DNA of 43,714 nucleotides, counting the filler, from Jimgerdemannia flammicorona (Eukaryota): assembly GCA_003990765.1 (NCBI GenBank). It is 2 parts of 2 records of this genome, joined end to end, with 100 filler letters (N's around TTAATTAATTAA, not from the genome) between each part and the next. Parts side by side here need not be neighbours in the genome. Positions count along the whole stretch, not along the records: positions 1 to 21,808 come from RBNJ01001388.1; 1 more part is not named here. The stretch is one strand, 5' to 3'. The notes beneath the pieces were generated by a model that was given only the letters and a program-made list of their open reading frames with translations, ran no database searches and was not told the origin of the DNA. Of this stretch, positions 1-13,500 are shown piece after piece (positions within the stretch are counted from its first letter, which is position 1; every line of letters starts with the position of its first letter). A program made the translations under genes and the position numbers.

Positions 1-1730
1 TTGCGATATATATCTTTGTGCCTTCGCCTTTATCATTTGATAGGCGCGGTTGCTGTGTATGCGAGGCACGCCGTACTTTATTCGCGTTGTCCCACCCAAG
101 CATTCACTGGGGGGGTGATTTTTTTTAACCCCTCCAATAGCAAGCCGTCCGCCATTCCAACCTCAAGTGCCACAACGTCAAGGTCTTTCTTTTAGGCTGG
201 CTGGTCCTACTCTGTCTCATGCTCGTCCTGCTCGCCGCGGGTGAGATCTACTGCGCCTTATCCAATTATGCTCCATCAGCCCGGATAACACCCAATATAT
301 CTTCTATCTGGCCGCTGTTGTTGTCGCGCCCTCCGTCGTGCTGAGTTTCTGGACCTTCAGTGTGAATTTCAAACGCGTGCGGAAAGAGTTTCGGCCAGGG
401 GCAGGATAACATTTTAAGTTCGCTAACTACTTTTACTCGCCCTACGTCAGACGACAATCCAAGCGACCCTTCGGCAAACAGGCCATTTCGCAGCTTACAA
501 CCGTCCTGAGCGCCAGCGTTTTTGCTGGACACTTGGGAATGAGAGTCAACGACCATGTTGCAGGCGGACCCCCCGCGACAGCGACAGCGACGCTGCCCCA
601 CCGCTGTCTCTAAGTTCCTTATCCAGTAGCACCCAATCGCTGCGAACTTACGATTTCGGTCCATCATTTATTTATATTTATTTTTTTGTGATTCTCATGT
701 GTACACCAACTTCTCCAGGCCTTTTAACTTTCCGAATCGCAGAAACTAGTCTCCCAGCACGACCCTGTGGGGCCGGCATTCCAACTTTCTTGCTCTCTCT
801 CTACGATCTCCAAGACCAATCCCTTGCGCCTCGCAATCTCCACAGTGGTCCCGCGATTCTGGCTCGGGGCTCTCCATGCCGAGGAGGAGACTGGCGCTGT
901 CATCGGTAAATTGGTGGAGATGAGGGCCGCTGACGAGATTCCGTTGGGAGGAGAGCAAGCGAGCGAGGAGATTGTGGAATTGGGAGGAAGTCGTTTGATT
1001 GGATGAGGTTGCCTGAAATTACTGGATATTGCTTTATTCATTTATTTCGCAAGTTATTTCATTTATGTTTCCTTTGCACGGACGCTATCGTCAGAATGGA
1101 CTCTCCGTCCCACTCCATCATGCATTGCAAGGATCATCTCATAATATCCAACCCAAAATCCAAACAGCGTGCTTCAGGTCGAGCGGGGCGGATTAGGGAA
1201 GTTTATATTTTACTTTCGAACACCTCACGTAGTGTATAAAAAGAATAAAGAGACGAGCTTTAACTGCTTTTTTCGCGAACATGCTTGTGCATTTCTTTTT
1301 CAGGTATTTTAGAATCTTGCGATATGACAAAGATATGGATGATAGCGATTGCCTTTGTCGTTCTTTAGATGTGCGGCGGTGGAGAGACAAGATAGGAGAC
1401 GCGCAGGATAATAAACAAATTGTTGCGAGCCAAGGTGGAAGAGTGGGTTATATTGTGGAAGGATAGGATGACCCTTAAGATTCTCATAATTGCATAGTGT
1501 TATACCAACCCCGGAATTCGGCACACAAATGGTGCGTCACGAGAAAATAGGTTGAACTGCCTTAAATGTTTTAGGCTGCTAGAGATCCTCGAAAGATTAC
1601 GGTATATTATCAACAGAACTAATTTAATCAAATTGAAATTAGTAATTACGGGGTTTTTGCTTACTGGGTATAAAATCATGCGTCGTTCAATAATAATTTC
1701 TAATAAAATAAAATACAATAAAATAAAATG

Positions 1731-2490
1731 AGGAAGAGCCCTAGCTCCTTCGTTTACGACCACCTCTAACTCACGCGAGTTCACACTGAGGGCTATGAGG
1801 ATGGATGGCGCGATTTGCCTGGTGGACACAGGGGAAGTGACTTTCGTAGCGCGGAAGCGCGCGTTGTATATACACAATAAGGGGAACGTGCGACTCGTCC
1901 TCGTTATATCCACCATGCTCGGCAACCTTACTTTACTTAGTATAGATGACGCTGGGAAAAGTTTGAGTGATCACGTTCGGTAAACGTGAGTTCGTCGCCG
2001 GATTGCCGAAACCAACAATAATAACGACGGCACTTTACCAGAGGGTAAGACCGACCTTTCGACGTTGGCGTACAGGTTTGTAGCTGCGGCGACACAGTCG
2101 GCGCCGTTTTTGAGCCAAAGGAGGCCGACAACATCGCCGCTGAAGTGAGTGACGGGCACGCTCCCCACGTTGCTGGAATGTTCCGGGTCGATCCTGTTGA
2201 GGAGAGTCTTATCAATGGACGACAGTCTCTGCTTGGCGGAAACATTGAAGAGGGCATTATTATAGATGTTGCGCTTTTTCGGGTTGGTGAGGAGGATGGA
2301 GAACCAAGAAGGTTTGCTCCTTGTCGAAAGTCGGTGTGCAGTCAGATGTGAGCAAGGCATCGGTTTTCTGGACGTCATAAAGCGATTGGAAGTTGCCCCT
2401 GAACAGGATAAGCGTGGTCCCACCATTCTTGTGCTTGCCAACGTGGTCGGTGAGTCGGTGCTGGAGGTAATATATTGGCAGATGACTGTT
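1731..2490 (-). pseudogene. C-terminal part of an alkaline-phosphatase-superfamily / type I phosphodiesterase-nucleotide pyrophosphatase-like protein, frameshifted
   Basis: Minus-strand motifs in order, across frames: LILFRGNFQSLYDVQK (cf. FGxNFQAVSVGQK), VSAKQRLSSID (cf. TAKHGQSPID), GDVVGLLWL, AEHGGYNEDESHVPLIVY, VSTRQIAPSILIAL...EGARALP. Frameshifts are needed to join them, and no N-terminal half is visible. Confidence 0.6.
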
Positions 2491-2900
2491 TGAGAGTGTG
2501 GGAAAGGAGATAATATTATATATGCAGAATTATGATTTTATAAATCAACCACAACTCGCGTTAGTCCATACCACCCTTGACGGCGTGTACGTGTGGTTTT
2601 GGTTCCACGGTGTCTGAGTCCGTCTCTCTCAGGGCTGGGATGTCATGGTCACGCGGCCAGTCCGGGCGCCGAGAAAAAGTGGTCGAGGTAAAGCGATGAT
2701 TAATTTTTGGGGGGTGAAGGGGGAGGAAGGAGTATAATAAGATATTGTGGCGTGCGATATGTATATCTTGCTTGCAGAAATGTAGCGACTCAATGTGACA
2801 CTTGTCAACTATACATTATTTATCTCTTTATCAAATAATGTTCTGGCTCAATGTTCATTTAACTGCTGTTCGATTTGTTCGCGTTTCCTTAGAGTTCTCG

Positions 2901-3451
2901 TGTCACGAGTCATTCATCACGTGACTGGTCGTTCGGAATGGCGGACGGCGTAAGATTCCTGGGGAACGTTTTTGTGGGATTTCCGAGCTTTCTGGCAGTT
3001 GGCGATTATTCTAGTATCCTTGGGTACGTTTCCTGGCGAGTTTCCTGGGTCTTGTATCTTGAGTTTCATGACGATTTTCAGTGGCGGTGGGCTACTAACT
3101 GTAGTGATGTTTTGTTGTTCTTGAGTTTCCTGGTGGGTTTCTGTGGTGTTTTTAACTGACTGACTTGTATCTTGAGTTCCGGGGTCTTGTATCCAATTCT
3201 CTATGGCAGCAGCGGTTTTTATCTTGAATTTCGTAACAATTTTCGAGGCGGCGGTTTGTATCTTGAATTTCGTAACAATTTTCAAGGTGGCAGCAAAATG
3301 GCAAGAGTAATCCTTTAACTCTTGGAGGCAGTGTGTTTCTCTGTAAAACCTTTTTACTTCAAACTTCATCTGACTGAGGTTTATTTACTGCAAGTCAAAG
3401 GGGTATTTATACAAATTTTAGGCTATGTATATATGAGCCTATGTAATTGGT
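2901..3451 (-). mobile_element. LTR-like segment (probable Ty3/Gypsy solo or partial LTR)
   Basis: Minus strand carries TTGTATAAATACC followed closely by AAATAAACCTCAG (TATA plus poly(A) signal) and ends ...CGTGACA at 2901. The same module occurs at ~4002-4041 and ~21983-22023. Boundaries are approximate. Confidence 0.45.
3209..3286. repeat. 39-bp tandem duplication inside the LTR-like segment
   Basis: GCAGCGGTTTTTATCTTGAATTTCGTAACAATTTTCGAG followed by GCGGCGGTTTGTATCTTGAATTTCGTAACAATTTTCAAG; a diverged third copy lies near 3051-3090. Confidence 0.85.
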
Positions 3452-5246
3452 TGTAACTCACAATTACTAGAAGATACTATTTAGCACACTTTTGGAAATC
3501 AAGTAACTAACTAGCTAGATAAGGCTAATTTTATGTTTGTGATGAATTTGGCTAGTTAATAAGTAGTCACTATTTGTGCAACTAACTAACTTATTCAAAT
3601 TTGGCTAATAGAGCTATCCTCATGCAACTTGAAGTTCAATATGACTGAGATTATGTCATCCTCATCTTCCTCCTCATTTTCTTCAGAGAGTCTGATCAAA
3701 TCATTTTCTGCATCCTCCATAGTTACATATGCTGAGATAAGTGAAGAGCTCTGTAGATGTCAAAAGAGGGCATACTTCTCCAGAAGGTTGTTAAGGTCTT
3801 CTTTCTATGAAATAAGCAGTTTACTCTACTCTGATTCTTGAGATCTCCAACCAATAGTGTTGTTATCTACAAAGTCACTCAATCTCACAGTTATGCAATT
3901 TTTATTATTATATAAAAAGTACAGATATACAGTTCTCTTAACTATATGAAATAACTTACAGAAAATGAAGTATTAACTTAGCCACAATATAGGTAACAAA
4001 ATTGTATAAATATCTTAGTATCTAGAGTAAATAAACCTCAGATCAAAATAGTTCAAGCAAAGAGACAAGGAACTAGTAAGCTTATGGGCAGATATACTTC
4101 AAACTCACTCTCCCCTGCACTTGAGGACTCTAAAGAGTCAAAGAAGATCGAGTAATTAAGATAAAGAAATCTGTCACACTTTTGTTAGTTCATATCTACT
4201 ATGTTATAATAGTGAAGTCTCAGACTGAGCCCATTACAATTATGTATATATAGGATATTGTATATCAAAATTAGGTTGTCTAGAAAGCTTCATTAAGGTA
4301 TTGATAGATAAGTACTTTGGATTAAATACTGCCATAAATAGTTATTGGACATATATATTATGTGACAATACCTTTGAAATCAGTAACATCAGAAGTCAGG
4401 AGACTGCTCAGACTTTATAAGTCTCTGGTAACAAATCATAACTCAACTGTGACTCATCTTAACCAGAAGATGATCTGCATCTAAACTCATTGAAACTCAT
4501 AGTGATCTCAGCAGTATACTACTTCAAATCAAGTGACTCTACTCTCTGGACCAAAGAAGAAGACCCTTAGAATATAAAAGAAGTATCAAAAAGAAGTATA
4601 AGATATTATTTATAAATAAGAAACTCACTACAAAATAAAATATCTACTACTTACCAAACAGTAAGATTAAGGAATCACTAAGGTCCATCAATCTAATATT
4701 AGATATTCTCTAATATCAAAATAGCTATAAGAATACATACAAGAAGGACACCAAGCATGAATCTCTTTACAAGAGACCTATACTACTATACTCTCAACTA
4801 TTGTGAAATAGAAATAAGAATCTCTGCCACTACTAAATATCTTTAGATGTAGTAATAATATGAGTTAGAACATCATCTCTGTCTAGACTTCTTATATTCC
4901 AGCTCTTACAAATTATAGATACTATATACCTGGATAGGTATAATCAGAAGTCAGCTAAGAGAGTCTACTAGATCTTCAGATATATATCCTGGATCATTCT
5001 CAACTTTGAATATATTAAGATTTCAGGCATCTAAGAACTGATAAGCTACTATATAGACCATCTTGAAGAAATGATTGCAGAAGAAGCCCAGTCTACTATT
5101 ATAGTTATGATTGATGAGATACAAGACCTTTAGAATCTCATTCTAGAGAATAACCCAGATCAGTTCTATCAAGATCTAATTGCATTGTTCTAAGGCCCTC
5201 CTCTGAGAGTCTGCTACTTTCAGAATTCTACAGATATACTCTTAGC
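3452..5246 (+). mobile_element. Degenerate LTR-retrotransposon remnant: LTR-like 3452-4367 plus unassigned CpG-depleted internal sequence
   Basis: Starts TGTAAC, has the TATA/AATAAA module at ~4002-4041 and ends TGTGACA at 4367. Almost no CpG and dense stop codons. No PBS or TSD could be identified. Confidence 0.4.
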
Positions 5247-8200
5247 AATACTGTGCCAAAACTCCCCCACAACCTCACACTCCTTTAGCTAATATTCAGG
5301 TGTTTGTACCACTCCCCCCTCCTGGGCAATGTCTAAGCATTATATGTCATCCACCACTAAGTGCCCTGACCAATAGTTCAGCATTACATTCTGCCTTAGG
5401 AACCTCCACCATATTACCAAAAACTTGGGGGGAAGCCAATACATCACCTGCTTGCTCTAAAGCCAAACACAATTCCAGTATCACTCCTTACCAATCCCCA
5501 CCCTTTGCCATGCTTCAGGCCACACATCACCCCTGAGCCTCTGCAGACATTCCATTCTATCACCAAGCTGAAAATCCTCCACCAATGTACCTCCCAGCAA
5601 TGGCCAGTCCCATCTCCACATCTAGGTCCCCAGTTCTCCTCCCCCTTATCACCCCTCCACTGAAGTCCAATTCTCCTTGCACTATCTACCACTCCCCACC
5701 AAAAGTCTTTATAATGTAACCTCCTGCTCTCATCTATGGCCACCATCACAAGCAGGTCACCAGTCACTCCACAGGGAGAGTACCAGACTTCCCACATCCT
5801 CTGCATAAGTGACACCCACTCTCAGCCTCTTAACTTGCTCGCTCTCATTAGCCACCATGCTCTAAGGTAATATAGGTACTTGGTAAAGTCTACTAAGCCC
5901 AGCCTGCCCCTGTCAACAGGTAGAGCCAGAACCTCCCAGCCTATCTGACTGCACTGCCCAGCCCAAATCCACAATCTTGCTATCTTCAGAAGTCACCTGA
6001 TCACCCATGCCAGAAAGTTCAGATGATACCCCATATACTACAGTTTTGGCAGCCAATGTACATTCAGCACCACCACCCTTCCTGCCAAGGATATATGCCG
6101 ACCACTCTACCTCAAGAGAACATTCCCCCATACTAGTAGCCACTGTTCCCACCATGCATGGGGCAGAAGGAACCCATATACTGAAAAGTAGATCCCCAAG
6201 TACCAGACTGGTTCTCCTGCTAGAACCACTGTTCCAATCATGTTACTGCCAACTATTCCACCACCTAGCACCAGTGTCTCATATTTGTATTAGTTGAGTT
6301 TGGCACCTGAGCCTCTCTTATATCATTCCACTGCTCTTTTTAATTCCTCCACATCCTCTAATGAACCCAGTCCAACCACTATATCATCTGCAAAAGCCCC
6401 CACCTTCCAGTTAATTCCCAAAATGTCCAAACCCCCAATTTGATGCCAGATCTTATCCAATAGGGGCTCCAAGGAAATGACATATAGGATGGGTGATAAA
6501 GGATCTCCTTGTGGCACCCCATGACCTAGCAGAAAAGTAACACCCCTGTGTCTCTGCTTGACTGTTTTCCAATGGACTGATTAATGACCACCTGAACTCT
6601 AGGGGAACTCTCACACATTTCAGCACTCCCTCTAGCCAGACCCTCCTCACTATGTCATATGCCTTCTCCTGATCCAGAAACACTAACTGGCCATCAACCC
6701 CAGCTGCTTCAATCACTCTATGGACCAGGAAGTTCCATCTCAGATCAACTAACTACCAACAAATCCCCTCTGCTCCATTCCTAGTACCTGCTGAACGATC
6801 CCCTGCAGCCTAGTTACCAAAATCTTTATTACCAGCTTACAGTCTGTGTCCAGGAGCATGATTGGCCACCAGTTCTTCCAATCTTCTCTTCTTCCCTTAT
6901 CCTTATAGAGCAAGGAGACCTGCCCTAGGTACTGGCCCCCAATCCAAGTTCCTGATTGAAGGACCTCATCACACATTGCTGTCATCTCCTCCAATACCAC
7001 CTCAACCCCTACCATCTTCTTCCAAAAATCCCAGAGAAGCCCATCTTCTCCTAGAGCTGTCCCCTTACTTATCAAAGCCAAGATCTTGCATACTTCCTCT
7101 CCCCACACTGGGTCTCCCAGCATCCCCAGACCCAGAGCTCAATTCTTCAAATGCCATTCAATGTTCAGAGCATCCTTCCCTCCTTCTTCATTACTCCATA
7201 GATTCCCCTAGCAAGTTCTCAGCAATCCTAAGACCTTAGGAGTCCCTGCCACCATCTCTCCATCTTCATTCAAAATACCATCCTACTGCTGCCTGATCCT
7301 CTGAGCTTGGAGCAACTGTGAAAGAAATCTAGTAGGTCTCTCCCCCTCCTCCAACTCCTGCCACTGTAACCTTGTCACCATCTCCTTTAGCTGAACCTCT
7401 TTCTTCATTTGTAACACTTTCTTTAGCTCATTAACTTCTTTTTGTATCTGCAAAATTCACCAATCATCTGCCCCCCAATCCTCCAGCAACTCTGCCCACC
7501 TCTCCAGAAGCACTGCCAATCTTTGTAAAGCCCATAGTACTTGTTGCCACTGCTGAACACTCCTTCCTTTCCCTGCCTCCCTCCAGTATCTCTGAGTACT
7601 CAATTTCAGCTACTGCCAGCAATCCCCAATTACCAATCTCTATTCCCTCCACCTACCAATCTTTATAATAACTTCCAACTCTCAATCCATCCATAAGAAA
7701 CCATTCTCTAACAGAGAGGAATTCAGTCACCAATGTCCAGACCCATCCCCACTTCCCCCAAATCTCCCACTTCCTATCAGACCCCAGTGATCTGACCAAG
7801 GGTACCAAACTACCTCCAATATGTCTCAGAGATTCACTCCCCAATACTCTGCCATCAACATCCAGTCTATCTTGGAGCCCAGCCCTACCACCCAGTGAGT
7901 ATAAATTTGGTGCTTTACCCAAAACTGTCACCCTGAGTCAACCAAGGAGCTCAACCTCTCAATCTCCATCCAATTGTCCAACCCACCACTTCTGTCTCTC
8001 ATTTCTCTCCTGCCATTAGTCTTGTCTATCCCATTATTATATACCATATTGAAATCACCCCCCAGGCAATCAATCTCTGCCTTCCCCAAAACACCAGCCT
8101 CTCTCAAGTTTCTGATCCAATCTACATGCTCCCCTCTCTTAGCTGGGCAATAATATGACCCAACAGTCAAAGGGTTCCACCCAAGCCTCTTCTATACTCC

Positions 8201-10500
8201 CTACACCAACCTACTCTCCCAATGTCCAATATCCCCAATGTCCCCCATCCCCTTTCAAACCAGAATACCCACCTTCCCAGTCCACACTACTACCCCACCC
8301 CATTCTCTAGTCCAGTCCTGTAAGTCTACATCCACCTCATACTGCACATCCTGTAGTAAGAAGAGATCCACATCCAGTCCCTTCAACCAGCCAAATATAT
8401 TTCTTCACCATGCTGCTCCCCTCAATCCATTCACATTCAAAGAAAAGATTCTAGTTGTACTGTTCATATTGAATAATGTTTGATATCGAGAACCTAGTCT
8501 AGAATTCCATACTCATCTCATTACCAGCGAGATCCAAGTGCTGCTCTGCCTCTAACTCACCCTCTATTACAGCCTGAGCATACAGTGTTTCCAAGATTTC
8601 CTGACACTCCACATCATCCACAACCTCTATTTCTGCCCAATAATCCATGTATACCACTATCCACTTCTCCAACCCCTTTCTCGAATTCCACAGATATACT
8701 TTCTGGTCATTTGCAATCCCTTGAAGGGCCTCCTCTCTCTGATCATCTACTTGATATTCCTCTGACTCCAAGAGTACCACCAGAATCTCATTTCTAATCT
8801 TCCTCAGCACTTCCTCCCCATGGAGAATTTCCTCTCAATATCTATCACTTAGGACCCAGAAGTTCTGTCCCCCTAGCTCCTCAGCTGCTACTCTCTCCAG
8901 AGTCTTCTACAGCCACTTCGCTTCATTCACTACCTTAGCAACACCCCAGACAACTCCTTCAACCTCCACCATAGGGTCTACCAAGATGTCTCTCCTCCCT
9001 GACTCATCCCACTCCTCCTCCAATATGTCATGTAGTTCCTTCTCCCCACTTGCCCCACTTGGGATACCATACTGAGGGTGGACTTTCTCACTGATTTTGG
9101 CATCCTCCACCATGCTGCCTGGTCTCTCCTTGCTCAAACTGCCCTAGGCCACATCCTGGGCCATGCTGCACTCCTCTGCCCAAGCACTCCCCATCAGTCA
9201 GGCACCCCCTTCTCCTGCACTGCCACCTGCTACCCCTCCTCCCAACTTCTTCAAAAGCTACTTCTGGATTCAACTTCTCTGCTTCTTCTCCCAGGCTACC
9301 CAGTCCTTTCTGATCTTCTTTCCATCCACAATCTCTACTACTATCTTGGCTTCATACTCTTTCCAAGCCAATCTCCTCCTCTCCACTACTCCTGCCAGAT
9401 CCTCTAGAGCCTCCAGCAAGTCCTCCTCTTCCTCTGACATCCCCTTCATCCATGAAACCTTGTATTCAACTGATCCCCACTTAAGGGTTGTTGGTCAATT
9501 CCTCACCTTCCCAGTATTCTCCCTCCCAGCCAGCCTCACCCTGATGTTGATGTCTCTTGTCTAGAGTTCAGTACCCTTCCAGACTCTGAACTCATTGTCT
9601 ATGATTTTTCCATATTCCTTGACCACCTCTACAATCAACTCCCTAGCCTTCTCCCTCCACATTGTAGGAAGATCCAACACTATCAACTGTACTACTTGGG
9701 GGTCCCAGTGTATGCATCTGGCCATAGAGACCATAACTCCTCCTACCACTACCCCCTTCTCCACAGCCTTCAACAATAATACCTCTTCCTCAAATCCAAT
9801 CTTAACCCCTTCCTTCTCCTTCAAGAACTTCACTGAAGCTACCCCCTTCACCTCCTGCACCACTAGCCCCAAAATCATTCTTGCAGTCACCATTAAGTCT
9901 CAGAAGTATAATGTGACAGTGAATTCTGATCTTGACTTTTTGAGTAATAGTGCTGACACCATACCAGTCATATCATCTGACAGATCCCCAGGCCTTATGC
10001 CCTTCCCCTGCCCTGATCCACCTACAACTATCACATCTGGATTTTTTTCCAGATCCCCAGTCATAACTCCATCAGCAGTTACATCTCTATCTCCTACTCC
10101 CCCCTTCTCCCAACTGTCTGACCCTCCCATGGGGACCCCTCCTGTCCCTCAACTGAAGCTGTCAACACCTTTCCCAGTTCCAATCAACTATCTGAACCAG
10201 ATGCCATTCTCTCTATCTTGACCTTGTCAGCAAAGATCATCCTTCTTTCTCCTTGTTACCTCAATCTGCCCCTCTCTCTACCATCAACACTGCAGCCAAC
10301 CATAGAAGGCCCTGGCATCCCCAAACCATCTCCCCACCTCCTCTCTACATACTGCCAGTCAATGGCACTGCTGCCCCCCTGGCCAATATGCTCATCAGTA
10401 TATTCATTGCTATCTATATTGATAGTCACCTTTCACTAAAAACATTGTGGAAAGTATTATCAGAGTCTTGTGTCATCTGAATATTACTGATGAAAGGTGC
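5247..10500 (-). mobile_element. L1/Tx1-like non-LTR retrotransposon, copy A (degenerate, 3' end missing)
   Basis: Minus-strand fragments: ORF1 (FLKEKEGVKIGFEE...ARCIHWDP), APE (GGDFNMV) and RT (DWKNWWPIMLLD, FLDQEKAYD, PQGDPLSP, AFADD). It ends at QTPEY*LKECEVV, which aligns with the copy B C-terminal zinc-finger region. Many stops. Confidence 0.92.
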
Positions 10501-13500
10501 TGACTAGCTATGATTATAAGTAGTAGTATATATAAGTAATTATACTATGTTAAGTATTCCAGTTATTTGACTATACTATATTATTTGCTTATTATATCAG
10601 TCTCTACTAAAGAGTAGTCTGTCTCCAGACTTTCCTAAAGTCATAATAGAGATATCCATAGCTATCTCCAGTATCTATATCTATACTATCATTATCTTCA
10701 ATATCCAAATTACTCTATTCTTATAACTCTTCATTTTTTTGAGTAAATAGAACTTCAATATATTTAATAATACTCAGATATATAAGCATGGTCATTCTCT
10801 GAAAGTTATTTAGTGTCAACTAAACCTTGGTCAGTACTGTAATATTCTGTTTTTAGATATTGTAGAGTCTGTTTACAAAAATAGTATTTCTCTGAGATAG
10901 GCTAGTAGTATTACAAATGTATTATTGTTTTAGACCTAAAAGGTTCTACAGTAGTTAGCCAATTATATAGTAGGTCTATAGTTAGTAAATCTGTATAAGT
11001 ATTCTGCTAGAGTGAGGTTTTCTTGATATATTTGAATCTATTGAAGACAGATTCTATTGGTTTCTCAGAACTAAGACAAGGGAACTGGTAGGGCTTAGAA
11101 GGAGCTGAGGACAAGGGTCTGGAGGTACTGATCAATCCTCTGATTTATAGTATAGAGAGAGATATAGCTTGAGGTGATTGATATATATGAGTGTCTTCAG
11201 AGTTTATCTATTTATACTTCTTCAATAGATACTGATTTCTCTTATATTATATATAAGATAAGGTCCTTCTTATTTAGACTCTAGTTTGATGTGAAATCTT
11301 ATTTTGATCATACTTCTCAAGACTATAACTTGAACTCTAATCTTGATCTTCTGATTCTTTTACTTCTGATAATAGTACTTCTTTTGTCTTTTCTGAGTTC
11401 TGAGTCTTAATTATCTGAGCTCTGGTTTAATTATATAATTATGTTGCTTTTTGAGGAGATCTCTGAGGTTCTCATAATTAGAAATTCTGGATTTCTTAGC
11501 AAGCATTATCTTGAATAACTTTTATTTAGTAGAGATAGCAGTGATTTTCTGATTTTCTCATAGGATATCAAATAAGCAGATATCCTAATTGATAGGATTG
11601 AGTTGGACAAGTCTTTTCTTGATAGTTTGGTTTATTTATTCTGTTATACATACTATTGATTTGGAAGTAGTATGATGTAGTTTATTTGGAGGGGATCTTG
11701 TAAATTCAGATATAACTTATAATTATATTAGTAATAAATTCTATGTCTTAGTCAGAAATAAGTTCTTCTGGAGGTCTATATATGAGTATAAGACTATGGA
11801 TAAGATCAATAATAATCAAGACATTGGTGATTTTTATTGGGAAAGCTTTAGGCCATTTGGTCAGATACTATATAAATACCAGTTTCTTCTTAGTATAACT
11901 AGTAGGAGTCTGATAAAATCTACTATCCATCTTTGAAGGCTGTTGCCTGGTAGTATGATTAGTTATATTAGTATTTAATAGTTCTTCTTTTCTTAGAACT
12001 TCTGGCAGATATCATATTTCTTGAATATATTTCTGACTTATATTCTGAAGTTGGGCCAATGTTGATGTATTGTTTATAGCTTTTCTTCTATATTTGCCTA
12101 TCCTTGGTAGACTTTCTGGTATTCTTTCTGATGAGATCTTCTTAAGTATTAATGGTCAAATAGTTTTCTTTAAAGTATAGTTCCTTAATATATATATTTT
12201 TTGATTTATTAAAGTTAGCAGAAAAGTATATCAATATTTTTGTAAGCTTTTTCTACTTTGTAAATAATAGTGATTTTATAATTCTGTAGAATTAGGATTT
12301 AGCAGACAAGAATTTCAGTAGGTTCCTTATAGTTGAATAGCTATTTGAGGGTAGTATAGTCAGTTATTAGAGTAAACCTTTTTCTGATAAAGTAATATTT
12401 GAACAGAGTAACTGTCTATACAACAGCAAGATATTCTAGTATAGTGTTATTATAATTGGCTTACTGCTGATTAGTAGCTCAGCTTGTATAAGATATTAAA
12501 TAGTACTGCTGATCAGATCCTTCTTGGACTAGTAATATCTTTGAAAATATCTATATATAATGAATGGCTTCTGTAGATTAGACTATACAAGGATCAGAAC
12601 TGTGGTCATATAGTACTTGAGTTCTTTGAAGACTAGTTCTTGTGGTTCTATCTTTTTATAGTACTTCTATCTTAAGAAGGGTTTAAATTAGAGCAGTGAT
12701 TTGGACAAAGTCCTCAATAAATCTTCTATAATAAGACCCTAATATCAGGAATAATAGTATTTTCTTTAAAATCTAGAATACTGACCAGTTGTTGATTTTC
12801 TTAGTTTTCTTTGAGTCTGCATAAATTTCTTTATTTGAAACTATATTTGAGTTTGTGTTTTTCAAAGTAACATTTCTTATTATTGAGTCTCAGATGGTTC
12901 TTGCAAGTGAGCTATAAGAATTCTAATATAGTATAGGTATTCTTCAAAATTTGCTGTATAAATATTAGAATCATCAATATATATAATTAGACAGTAGTGG
13001 ATCAGTGGACTATAGACTGAATTCATCACTCTCTAAAAGATGGGGGGGGGTATATTACAAAGTCCAAAGAGCATTCAGAGATATTCAAACAGTTTTCCTA
13101 AAATAAAAAAGGCTGATTTTCAGATGTCTCTGAAATCTATAGAGATTTTGTAGAGTCCTATAAAAAGGTCTATACTGCTGAAGTATATGGTATCTTACAA
13201 TTGGTCTAAGAGGTCATTGATTCTGAGCAAGGGGTAGGCATCTTTTTCAGTGACTAAGTTGAGTTATCTATAGTCTATGCAAAGTCTCTATCATTTTTTC
13301 TTAAGTATAATATATATAAAGCTGGCCCAGAGGCTAGTAGAGCATCAGATAACTCAATTATCTAAGAGTTCCTGAATGTATTCCTTCTCAAATATCTTTA
13401 AGTAATGAGGTATTCTATAAGACTTCTGTCAGATAGATGTTGTGTTTCTTATATTATATTGTAGTAATATGATGAGTTGCATAGAAGGTTGCAATAGTCT

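Noticed and set aside
266..1041. Possible spliced minus-strand gene in CpG-rich DNA
   Set aside because: No recognisable domain, and I could not build a consistent exon chain.
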